DNA of 64,000 bases, taken from the IMG/VR virus record IMGVR_UViG_3300046780_000733, one strand, 5' to 3'. The translations under genes were made by a program, and so were the position numbers. Source of the stretch: a virus. Positions 1 through 8,412 of the stretch are shown one piece after another (the stretch's first letter is position 1; each line of letters opens with the position of its first letter). The notes under the pieces were generated by a model that had not been told where the DNA came from, ran no database searches, and worked only from the letters and a program-made list of their open reading frames with translations.

Positions 1-21
1 CGTCAGATCGCCCACGGCCAG

Positions 22-549
22 GTGTTGCCCGAGGTACTGGTGAGGTTCGCGCAGTCTCCGTGGATCGTTCGTCTTGTCAGCTCGCTGCCGTTGCCGGACC
101 AAAAAAAACTTGCCGACGGAGAGCGGATAGAACTGGTGTTTCGTCGAGACACTGGATTCGACAAGCGATTGGTAGATCCTCTGGCTATGACTCGCGATCA
201 AGTGCTCCTGGCTTTCGATCGCAACCGACTGCGCAGCGAGGAGGAGCAGGTGTTGATCCTGGAACAAAAGAAGCCGAGGCGCGACGCGTCACGGACAGCC
301 AAGATCAGCGTGGACAAAAGGACTAACAATGTCAGGATCGGCAGGGCATCGGCGCCCATCGACGACGTGGTTGCCGCCATCGCGGAGTCCCGCGGAGACG
401 ACGAAGAGGACGACACGGATAGAACAAAGCCAATCATGGTACACCTATCCGATGCAGAACACCAGACGTTGAAGTTAGCGTCAACCAAGATCGGTGTGCC
501 GATGGCGGTATTGCATCGGCGAGCCCTACGCGCGTACGGACTGATCTAA
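22..549 (+). CDS. Hypothetical protein with C-terminal ribbon-helix-helix-like segment (probably 5'-truncated by window)
   Basis: Frame is open from the window edge; C-terminus IMVHLSDAEHQTLKLASTKIGVPMAVLHRRAL resembles CopG/RHH. Confidence 0.5.
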   Translation: MLPEVLVRFAQSPWIVRLVSSLPLPDQKKLADGERIELVFRRDTGFDKRLVDPLAMTRDQVLLAFDRNRLRSEEEQVLILEQKKPRRDASRTAKISVDKRTNNVRIGRASAPIDDVVAAIAESRGDDEEDDTDRTKPIMVHLSDAEHQTLKLASTKIGVPMAVLHRRALRAYGLI

Positions 550-579
550 CGAGATCCATACTTTCAAAGGTTTGCCATC

Positions 580-1137
580 ATGCCTATTTACCTGCCGCCG
601 CGACCGAACCCGCGCGAGCCCCACGCCAAACAGTCGCCGACTCCCGGGGACCGCGTTCACCTGGTGGTGATCGGTGACTCTCTGGTGACGCTGTGGCCGA
701 TCAACGCCGTTAACCTCGGGGTAGGGGAGGATCGGGCCGAGAACACGCTCTGGAGAATCCTCCATGGCGACCTCAAACACTTCGAGGCCGAGAACATCGT
801 GTTGTTGGTGGGCACCAACAACTACCGTAGGAACTCGCCGTGGCGCACCGCGGCCACGATCGAACTCATCTACCAGGCGATCCGCTTTTTTCAACCTAGC
901 GCCACGATCTCAGTCGTCCAGGTGCTTCGGCGACGAGAGATCGCCTCGCGGCCATGGGTGTGGCTGACGAACTTTCTCGCGGCCGGTCGAGTTCCGATGG
1001 TCAGGGCTGAAATCGATCCAGTGATCCACACCGTGGACGGGCTGCACCTGAACTCCAAGGGATACAGAGTGCTTGACGAAGCACTGTCCCGGATGATTCG
1101 CTTCCCAACCCTGCAAACCCAGGAGACCCAGCAGTGA
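580..1137 (+). CDS. SGNH/GDSL-family esterase
   Basis: Blocks IGDSL, NLGVG, LLVGTNN and DGLHL (Ser-Asp-His triad). Confidence 0.85.
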   Translation: MPIYLPPRPNPREPHAKQSPTPGDRVHLVVIGDSLVTLWPINAVNLGVGEDRAENTLWRILHGDLKHFEAENIVLLVGTNNYRRNSPWRTAATIELIYQAIRFFQPSATISVVQVLRRREIASRPWVWLTNFLAAGRVPMVRAEIDPVIHTVDGLHLNSKGYRVLDEALSRMIRFPTLQTQETQQ

Positions 1138-1499
1138 TAGAGTTTCTCCCAAGAGACCAAATACCCGCCGGCTGCCGATGGGATTGGAACAAATTCATCT
1201 GGCCACCCGAATGCGAGTCGCTCAGCAGTGACGAAAAAACCGAGATCATCGACGCCGTCAGTTACTACGACTTGATCGACGCGCTGCACTTGGTTGTTGG
1301 GACCACCAAGGCGTTGGCCGCCGCCCAGGCGAACCACGATCAAGCGGCTGCACGCGTCCTCAAGGCGTACGGACGCAGCGAGGAGAACTGCGGCGAATTG
1401 CCCGGCCCTCCGTGGCTTATAGGCGACCACGTGGTCGAGGTGTTATACGAGAAAGGAATCATGGTTCGCGCCATCACCAAGATCGAGGAGGCGCCGTGA
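1134..1499 (+). CDS. Hypothetical protein
   Basis: GTGA-coupled to upstream ORF, with RBS. Confidence 0.6.
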   Translation: MIEFLPRDQIPAGCRWDWNKFIWPPECESLSSDEKTEIIDAVSYYDLIDALHLVVGTTKALAAAQANHDQAAARVLKAYGRSEENCGELPGPPWLIGDHVVEVLYEKGIMVRAITKIEEAP

Positions 1500-1858
1500 C
1501 CAAACCTATGCTCATCGGTGGCCCGTACCGGTCGCCACGATTCGAGATCGGCTCCAGCCTAGTGTGCCGGCTCCATGGACGGGTGACCGTGCATTCTGTC
1601 AGCGAAGCGCCGGCACGCTGGCCTCAACGCCACCAGGGATCCGCAACCGTACCTGTGTTTACCTCGGAGCTGGTGAGAGCTGTACGCACCGAGTCCAGTT
1701 CGGCCATCTGTTACCATTGGGGGGTGAACCGAAAGACCGTCACGCGGTGGCGTCGAGCCTTGGGGGTGCCGAGATTCAACCTCGGCACTCGTGTAATCTG
1801 GAGTCGCAACGCAGGGAAACTAAACCGACAGGCACATACTTTTAGAGGAGCGAAATGA
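1496..1858 (+). CDS. Hypothetical protein with HTH-like C-terminus
   Basis: GAGGAGG RBS then GTG; ESSSAICYHWGVNRKTVTRWRRALG is HTH-like. Confidence 0.6.
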   Translation: MTKPMLIGGPYRSPRFEIGSSLVCRLHGRVTVHSVSEAPARWPQRHQGSATVPVFTSELVRAVRTESSSAICYHWGVNRKTVTRWRRALGVPRFNLGTRVIWSRNAGKLNRQAHTFRGAK

Positions 1859-2160
1859 GCACCAAACCCACCCACCCCATGCAGCCGCTGTACCTGGACG
1901 GGCGCGGCACCATCAGGTTTCACCGCAACGGCATCGTCGTGAAACTCCTGGATACCGGCAAGATTGACCTCTGTGCCATCGCTCAGTGGACTCACAGGTA
2001 TCCCGAGGTCACCCAGGACGACGTCGAGCAATTCTGGCAGTTGCTCGGGTACTCGGTGGACGGCTACGCTGAACTGAGTTTCATTAGCGATGATTCCGTC
2101 AATAAAGCAAACACCGCCGCCAATCAGATCATGGACAGCCTCGCGCCCGAGCCCCACTGA
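1855..2160 (+). CDS. Hypothetical phage protein
   Basis: RBS AGAGGAG and coupled start. Confidence 0.65.
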   Translation: MSTKPTHPMQPLYLDGRGTIRFHRNGIVVKLLDTGKIDLCAIAQWTHRYPEVTQDDVEQFWQLLGYSVDGYAELSFISDDSVNKANTAANQIMDSLAPEPH

Positions 2161-2188
2161 TCCTTACTCATACTTTCAGAGGAGCGAA

Positions 2189-2392
2189 ATGAACCTTCAT
2201 GTTGACGATGCTCAGCCCACGAAACAGGAAGTCCTGCAACGAGGCAGATCGATCGCGATTGGCCTGCTAAAAATGACCGACGGCGAACTCAGAGATCGAG
2301 GCCTGACTCGCCCTGGATTGCTGTGGGCGTTGCGTCGCCTACACCAGCACAGCGACCCGACGCAATATGGTCTCGCGCACGAGACTCAGTGA
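2189..2392 (+). CDS. Hypothetical protein
   Basis: Preceded by leader repeat with RBS. Confidence 0.55.
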   Translation: MNLHVDDAQPTKQEVLQRGRSIAIGLLKMTDGELRDRGLTRPGLLWALRRLHQHSDPTQYGLAHETQ

Positions 2393-2428
2393 TCCTTGAT
2401 CCTTACTCGTACTTTCAGAGGCCCGCCA

Positions 2429-2671
2429 ATGGCACGAAAGAAGAAACGAAAAATCAAACTGGACTTCCTGGAGCACTTGATAGCCGTAAGTGACATTGCC
2501 TACTACGCCCGCCGAGGCATGTACCAGGACAGAGATCTTTGCGAAAATGTCGAGGCGGGCGTTGAGTCTCTGATCGCGGCGATCGAACTTCAGATATCCG
2601 ATCCTGACAAGATGATATTGATCGGAAAAGGCCCATCTCGGCGTCGCGTTACAGACGAGATTAGATTCTAA
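2429..2671 (+). CDS. Hypothetical protein
   Basis: Preceded by leader repeat. Confidence 0.55.
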   Translation: MARKKKRKIKLDFLEHLIAVSDIAYYARRGMYQDRDLCENVEAGVESLIAAIELQISDPDKMILIGKGPSRRRVTDEIRF

Positions 2672-2684
2672 CAGAGGCCCGCCA

Positions 2685-3068
2685 ATGCCGCTATCCGTGA
2701 TCACCGCCGATGGAGAAACACACGCGATTGAACCGAGGCCCATCAACCTCGTGTTCCACAACGGCACCATTGATGTCAGGTTCCCACGGGCAGTCACACT
2801 TGATCCCGATGTGACCCGGCACCACGGGGAACGCGTACGCGTGCCCCACGCCTCAACAGCGGCCCTTCTGACGATCATCGAGGGCGACCGTCCGCTACCC
2901 AGGACGTCCGCCGCCTACCACCATGTGGTGGGGCTGCTGGACCTCACGCTGAAACTTCGCGACGCCGGATGCCAGGTCGCGTGGAAACACCCCGAGACCT
3001 ACCTGCATCCGTGGCACCAGGCCAACCTCGGGGACGTTGCGATTTCACTAACAAAGGACCATCAATGA
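2685..3068 (+). CDS. Hypothetical protein
   Basis: Preceded by CAGAGGCCCGCCAATG repeat. Confidence 0.6.
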   Translation: MPLSVITADGETHAIEPRPINLVFHNGTIDVRFPRAVTLDPDVTRHHGERVRVPHASTAALLTIIEGDRPLPRTSAAYHHVVGLLDLTLKLRDAGCQVAWKHPETYLHPWHQANLGDVAISLTKDHQ

Positions 3069-3226
3069 CCATGGCAGCGATCATACTGATATGCGGAGCC
3101 TGTGCCATCGTGGGCGCGTCACTGGGTTGGCTCCTCGGGTACGCCCATGGCACCGAAGCCGTGACCAACGACATGGCCAAGCTTGGGATGGAAATCCGGA
3201 GGGATGAGTCGCACTGGACCGACTAA
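3065..3226 (+). CDS. Small membrane protein
   Basis: Hydrophobic N-terminal helix; ATGA coupling. Confidence 0.5.
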   Translation: MTMAAIILICGACAIVGASLGWLLGYAHGTEAVTNDMAKLGMEIRRDESHWTD

Positions 3227-3314
3227 GGCAGCTTCCGAATCCTGTCTCTCAACATAAGGACCAACATAAAGGCGTCGCTGCCTGGTTGGGCCTGGATGCT
3301 GACGAGGCAGATAG

Positions 3315-4082
3315 ATGTCAGAGCAGATTGTTCTCCCGAGCGTTGAAGGTGCCGAGTTTCGTCTTGTTGAGGGCAAACCAGGCTACTGTGTCGGAGACAA
3401 CGGATCGGTGTGGAGTCGAGTCAAATCCTCAAGGAATGGGAATGTCAAGTTCAAGGATTGGGTCCAGATGAAAGCTACTCCGCAGTCTCGCGGCCACTTG
3501 ACCCTGTGGCTTGGAAGGAATGACCAGAGGTTCGTTCATCGACTCGTGCTGGAGCATTTCGTTGGGCCGTGCCCCGATGGTATGGAGTGCCTACACGAGG
3601 ACGGGAACCCAGCCAATAACCGCCTTGGCAACCTCTCATGGGGAACACCAAAGCAGAACCATGCAGATTCTGTCAGACATGGCACGGCGTACTTCAGGCC
3701 GGGTATGGAATGCCCGACCAGGATACTCGACGATGCGGACGTTCTAGAAATCGTGTCTCTCTGCCGATGTGGCATGAGCCAATCAGAGGCGGCACAGAAA
3801 TTCAACGTACACGAAACCAACGTCAATTCAATCATGACTGGGAGATCATGGTCATCGCTGACTGGAATCAAGTACATCGTCAAGCGTCCTGGACGCAAGG
3901 GCGAGAAAAGGCAAAAACTGTCCGATGACGCAGTGCTCGAACTTCGAGAGTTGGCTTCGGCAGGCTGGACGCGAAAAGCATTGTCGGAACGATCCGGGCT
4001 GCACGTGGTCACCGTTGGAATGATTATCTCGGGGCAGAGACGCGCGTCGGTAAAACGGGAGCAATTGGCGCCCTGCGTCTGA
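3315..4082 (+). CDS. HNH homing endonuclease (NUMOD4-like N-terminus, HNH, HTH repeats)
   Basis: GYCVGDNGSVWS; FVHRLVLEHFVGPCPDGMECLHEDGNPANNRLGNLSWGT. Confidence 0.9.
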   Translation: MSEQIVLPSVEGAEFRLVEGKPGYCVGDNGSVWSRVKSSRNGNVKFKDWVQMKATPQSRGHLTLWLGRNDQRFVHRLVLEHFVGPCPDGMECLHEDGNPANNRLGNLSWGTPKQNHADSVRHGTAYFRPGMECPTRILDDADVLEIVSLCRCGMSQSEAAQKFNVHETNVNSIMTGRSWSSLTGIKYIVKRPGRKGEKRQKLSDDAVLELRELASAGWTRKALSERSGLHVVTVGMIISGQRRASVKREQLAPCV

Positions 4083-4354
4083 GACATACATTATGTTTAT
4101 TATGAGCCGCACTGTCCGTTTATGCGTTCGGGGCAGGGGGGGTGCGTTTTGATCCTAGTTTTCGAGCAGGACCTGCAAGACCACGGCCAAGGCCGATTCA
4201 ACTGGCGGCCATCGCTGTTTCGCGGCCGATGGAGTGGCGGACTTACATGGAGGGTCGCATGGGGGCTCTGGTCGCTCAGTTATTACCCGTCACCAGGACT
4301 CCGACAGTTCTTCGATCACATCGAATCCGGGAGTACAGGATGGGTGTCGAAATC

Positions 4355-4597
4355 ATGAGGGAGAATGAAACGGAGCAACCATTGGAAACAGACATCAGCT
4401 ACCACATCCAGGAACGGTGCAAGATCGGAGGAATCGTGTTTCCCTGGCAGACTGTCCCTGTCGGGTGGTCAACCAGGGAGACAGCCTTTTGGGCCTTGGA
4501 GGCCCACATCAGATCGACCGGGGACGACATGAAAGATTTCCGGGTCGTCAAGGTTACAACGGAAGTCATGCAACCTGGATCAACAGAGAGGAAGTGA
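4355..4597 (+). CDS. Hypothetical protein
   Basis: ORF fits operon spacing. Confidence 0.5.
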   Translation: MRENETEQPLETDISYHIQERCKIGGIVFPWQTVPVGWSTRETAFWALEAHIRSTGDDMKDFRVVKVTTEVMQPGSTERK

Positions 4598-4598
4598 G

Positions 4599-4994
4599 AT
4601 GGACGACAAGTCGATAGACAATGGCCTCGAATTCAATGGCGCTATCACATTCATGGTGTTCGATGATGGAGCGACGATCGAGATTCGAGACCGTACATCA
4701 TCAACCACCTTTGTCAAGGTGAAGCTAACCCAGCATCAGCTTTGCCAAGCATTATCACGGCTTGGAAACACCCCGTGCACCATCGAGACACGAGGTCTTG
4801 ATCACGTCGGCAAAAAGATGGCCATGGATGAATTACGATTCGAGATACCAAAGCACGATTACAGCAATCGCGACATCGTCGCCAAACAGGAAGCGCGAAG
4901 ATTGTGCCCTGAAGGGTACTTCGGGTCAAAGGTTTACTTTGCTACCGTTGATGGCAAGGTGTACGCCAACACAACAATCAGGAAATGGGATTGA
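4599..4994 (+). CDS. Hypothetical phage protein
   Basis: Leader AGGAAGTGAGATG. Confidence 0.65.
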   Translation: MDDKSIDNGLEFNGAITFMVFDDGATIEIRDRTSSTTFVKVKLTQHQLCQALSRLGNTPCTIETRGLDHVGKKMAMDELRFEIPKHDYSNRDIVAKQEARRLCPEGYFGSKVYFATVDGKVYANTTIRKWD

Positions 4995-5036
4995 GAAACA
5001 TTTGCCCATGCCGGGTCTCAACTGAAAGGAAGTGAG

Positions 5037-5360
5037 ATGAGCTTAGACGTGTGGCTGACTGAGGTGAAGCCAACCGAGGTGTACTCGGCAAACATCACCC
5101 ACAACCTCGGCAGGATGGCCGACGAAGCCGGGATCTACGAGCATCTCTGGCGGCCAGAGGAGATCGGCATCACCAAGGCTAGCCAGTTGATCGAGCCCCT
5201 GGAGAATGGGCTCGCGCTCATGAAGTCAGATCCGGGTCGCTTCAAGGCGTTTGATGCGACGAACGGGTGGGGGCTGTACGAACACTTCGTGCCATGGATC
5301 GAGGAATACCTGGAAGCGTGCAAAGATCATCCAGAGGCCGAAGTGAGCGCGTCCAGGTAG
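5037..5360 (+). CDS. Conserved hypothetical phage protein (MSLDV...NITHNL type)
   Basis: Recognisable small phage-protein pattern; same AGGAAGTGAGATG leader as the 4599 gene. Confidence 0.75.
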   Translation: MSLDVWLTEVKPTEVYSANITHNLGRMADEAGIYEHLWRPEEIGITKASQLIEPLENGLALMKSDPGRFKAFDATNGWGLYEHFVPWIEEYLEACKDHPEAEVSASR

Positions 5361-5500
5361 ATCCGAGCCATCGATGTCGTCGGGTGATCGCGCCCGAGAC
5401 ACCCATGATTTTACCCATACTTTCAAATCGCCGCTGAGGAGCCTCTATGCCACGAACATCGAACGAATTCCACTGCCTCAACGCGTGGCACCGATGGCCA

Positions 5501-5788
5501 TCAACGGGGACGAATGCCTAAATGCTCGAACAGCGCATCCTGCAAACGTCCGGCGTGCCCTTGACGACGATGATCAGGATGAGTGAAGTAGCAGAACCTG
5601 GTTCTCGCTGACCCATACTCCCATCTCATTGCCCATGCGATCCCAGGTTCAACCGCAATGGACGTCGCCGGATACTCGCCGCGGAACACCCGGAGGGCCA
5701 TCGAGTCTCCCTCGGGGCGATGCAGTCCGTTCTCGTGGCAATGCTTTAGCCACACGGCGATCTCATCTGGATCAGAAGCAATGACCAC
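5501..5788 (-). CDS. Small GNAT-like protein
   Basis: FTHPDHRRQGHAGRL resembles the acetyl-CoA-binding motif A. Confidence 0.4.
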   Translation of the reverse strand: MVIASDPDEIAVWLKHCHENGLHRPEGDSMALRVFRGEYPATSIAVEPGIAWAMRWEYGSARTRFCYFTHPDHRRQGHAGRLQDALFEHLGIRPR

Positions 5789-6344
5789 TTCCGGCCCTCA
5801 CAGAAGAAGTGTCGATGCTCCATGTGCCATTGAACTTGACCAAGGTTCCATTGACCACCCGAAAATCGACGGGCTCGTAGCGAACCGTCCTTGACTCCTG
5901 CTCAGCGGCAACCGCTTGCTCGTGCCGGCGCACGATCGCCTCCGCTTGCTTCCGTTGCAGCCACGTGAGCGTGCGGTCGTTGCCATGCTCCCTATCGATC
6001 ATGTCGCAGAGTTGAATCACCATGCGAGCCAACCCGTAGTTCCGTGCGTCGCTCACTATCTGCACATGCTTCTCGGCCAATTGGCACCAGTCTCGCTTCT
6101 CGGCCACCAGAATCTGGTTGTGCTTCTCGGCTGCTTCGAGCCTGCCGCGGAGTGCGTTGGCCTCGGCCCGATCCTTGTCGATGATCTGTTGTGCTACAGT
6201 ATCGCAGCACCAAAACCTGTATCCCATGTCAGGATGATCGCTGTTCATCTTCGTGGGATAGAACGTCTGGCCGACAGTGTAACCACGAGTGTATCCGTCC
6301 ACATACGCGCGATGCACGAGTTCTTCAGCGGTAATCATAGCCAA
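5772..6344 (-). CDS. Hypothetical protein
   Basis: ORF in minus-strand operon, with RBS. Confidence 0.65.
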   Translation of the reverse strand: MAMITAEELVHRAYVDGYTRGYTVGQTFYPTKMNSDHPDMGYRFWCCDTVAQQIIDKDRAEANALRGRLEAAEKHNQILVAEKRDWCQLAEKHVQIVSDARNYGLARMVIQLCDMIDREHGNDRTLTWLQRKQAEAIVRRHEQAVAAEQESRTVRYEPVDFRVVNGTLVKFNGTWSIDTSSVRAGSGHCF

Positions 6345-6459
6345 TTCCTCCAGTCAAACAAGTATTCTCCGATCCCCTGTACGGCGAGGATCACGGCGCC
6401 CAGGATCAACCCCAGGATCACAACGCGAACACAATCGTGGATCAGGTCCACGAGCCATC

Positions 6460-6768
6460 TCATGAGGCCACCACGTCTTCGTCAAAATCGTCACCCATTT
6501 CGCGTAATGCTTTGACTCGCTCCTGGACGATCTTCCCGAAATCCGCGACTTGACTGGGGTCAACGTCAAAGGACACCCCGATCCGCGAGTCGAGGTCGGT
6601 GAGCCTGGCCATGGCGGCATCGAGCGTGATCCCAAACCCAACCACCAGGATCGCGATCGCCAACGCGGCCCCAGCCGCCGTCCACTGGTGACGTAGAACC
6701 AGAGAGTAGCCGTGGATCATGATCAGCAGGATCGCCGCACCACATGAAACACCAAAAAAACGCCTCAA
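6460..6768 (-). CDS. Membrane protein (2 TM)
   Basis: Two hydrophobic segments; coupled to neighbours. Confidence 0.6.
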   Translation of the reverse strand: MRRFFGVSCGAAILLIMIHGYSLVLRHQWTAAGAALAIAILVVGFGITLDAAMARLTDLDSRIGVSFDVDPSQVADFGKIVQERVKALREMGDDFDEDVVAS

Positions 6769-7124
6769 CGCTTGCCTCCTTTTCGTGAATCCTCTCGGGG
6801 TCTAGCGTCCCGCGATGGCGCACCGCTCAGCCTCAACTGTTCGCCGAGACGCCAGTCGAATCCGCTCTTTCTGCACCGTGGGCAATAGCGGTAACTGCCT
6901 GGACGGATATTGCCGAAGCAAAGACCGCACGTCTCCCCAGGCCCGGGAGGGGTCTCGTTCCAATCAGAACCGCTACCTTCAATCATTACTATGAGAGATT
7001 CAGGCACGATCAGGTCGGGCCGACGGTCGCGGAGATCCTGCCTGAACTCGTACGACGACCCGTAAGTATCCGCGCTCAGCGCATCCCACTGATTCCAGTC
7101 ACCCTTGGGCATCATCGTCTCCAA
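6765..7124 (-). CDS. Zinc-ribbon protein
   Basis: CGLC...CPRC. Confidence 0.6.
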   Translation of the reverse strand: METMMPKGDWNQWDALSADTYGSSYEFRQDLRDRRPDLIVPESLIVMIEGSGSDWNETPPGPGETCGLCFGNIRPGSYRYCPRCRKSGFDWRLGEQLRLSGAPSRDARPREDSRKGGKR

Positions 7125-7485
7125 AGAGCAGGAGTTGTCTATAGTCGCCAGAGGTGTTCGGCCTGAAACGTTTCGCCCTCGGCCTAGCGCAAGGAATCCT
7201 GGCTTGAACGTCCGCCACGATCTCTTCCGCGACCTTGGTCAACGCGGCCCTGATGTCCACCGGCATGTCACGGTCAATGCGATTCCTGATCTGCCTGGCC
7301 GTCACGCCCGAGCGACCAATGCTGGCGCAATCCTCCGGGTCACATCCAAGAGAAAGCATAACAGAATAGAAGATGTCTCGGATGCGGCGAATCGTTTCCT
7401 TGTCAAGTCTCCTGCCTCGTTTGAAAACCGGCATGCACGATTCGAGAAAAACACCGGATTTGTCCTTTTGCTCGAAGTAGGGCAC
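7099..7485 (-). CDS. Hypothetical protein
   Basis: RBS CAGGAGG; QLLLF near the C-terminus resembles a clamp-binding motif. Confidence 0.6.
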   Translation of the reverse strand: MPYFEQKDKSGVFLESCMPVFKRGRRLDKETIRRIRDIFYSVMLSLGCDPEDCASIGRSGVTARQIRNRIDRDMPVDIRAALTKVAEEIVADVQARIPCARPRAKRFRPNTSGDYRQLLLFGDDDAQG

Positions 7486-7497
7486 ATCGCCTCCTGG

Positions 7498-7863
7498 TCA
7501 TGCAGGGTAAACGGTGAGCACATGAGGCGTCGGGATTTTGTGGGAAACTCCATGGCAGTCTCGGACGGTGACGAATCCATCCTCTAGTACATCGACTTGG
7601 CGAACAGCTCCCTCGACGCGCCACGGTAGCCACACGACTTCGCCACCGACCACGTGAGGGATCTGATAGACGTGGACGGGTTCGCAGGTGACAGTACGAT
7701 CGGAGGCCTCCGTTAACCCGGGAACCAGGGGGACGCGCCACCCCTCGTCGGCGACCCGATCCTGTTTCGCCCTCCCCTGCCCTTTCTTCGTCGGATCGTC
7801 CTCGAATGCGATCCTGCCCTCGACTGGCTTCTCAATGTTCTGACGTAATGAACTGACTGACAT
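7498..7863 (-). CDS. Hypothetical protein
   Basis: RBS AAGGAG; first gene of divergent unit. Confidence 0.6.
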   Translation of the reverse strand: MSVSSLRQNIEKPVEGRIAFEDDPTKKGQGRAKQDRVADEGWRVPLVPGLTEASDRTVTCEPVHVYQIPHVVGGEVVWLPWRVEGAVRQVDVLEDGFVTVRDCHGVSHKIPTPHVLTVYPA

Positions 7864-7965
7864 CGTGGTCTCCTTTTCTCTACAAGTAGAATCCCCTGCG
7901 ATTTATCGATCCGCGAGAAAATTTAGCCAAAATCCGAATTTTATTCCATTTTGGCAAGATTGGCG

Positions 7966-7994
7966 TTGATTCTATTCTCGAAAGAAGGTACTAT
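7966..7994 (+). promoter_or_regulatory. Sigma70-like promoter TTGATT-N17-TACTAT
   Basis: Read from sequence; AT-rich divergent intergenic region. Confidence 0.6.
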
Positions 7995-8046
7995 CCGCCT
8001 CCCTGACAAAGATGTCGTTCACAAATCCTGCCCACGGAGACAACGG

Positions 8047-8412
8047 ATGCCTCTACGTATCAACCGCGACGACGTGCTGGCTGTGGCCAATAAGATGGTT
8101 CGCCTCGGCGTGTACCCGAGCGGGCCGAAACTCCATCGAGAGATTCCCAATTTCTGCGCGGAAGCATTGGCCAGCGTGCGACGGAGCCTCGTCCAGGCCA
8201 AGATCCTGAAGATCCCAGCCGCGCTCCTGCCGCGCGGCATGGCCGGCAAAACCTGCGTCTCAGCCATCCCCGACTCCCAATTTCGAGAAATGCTGTCGTG
8301 GCGTATCGAGGCGGCGAAGAAGCTCAAGTCGCAGCGGTGCGGCGAATACATATACCGGGAGGATTTCGACGCCATCTACGGGGCAGAAAACATGTCGTGG
8401 GGAGCCAGATGA
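8047..8412 (+). CDS. Hypothetical protein
   Basis: First ORF after promoter; coupled to the methyltransferase. Confidence 0.55.
   Translation: MPLRINRDDVLAVANKMVRLGVYPSGPKLHREIPNFCAEALASVRRSLVQAKILKIPAALLPRGMAGKTCVSAIPDSQFREMLSWRIEAAKKLKSQRCGEYIYREDFDAIYGAENMSWGAR

Larger units (their letters stand above)
557..2687 (+). repeat. Family of gene-leader repeats (consensus TGATCCTTACTCATACTTTCAGAGG...AATG)
   Basis: Copies at 557-570, 1835-1857, 2158-2191, 2397-2431 and 2672-2687, each just before an ATG; partial copy at 5406-5425. Confidence 0.8.
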
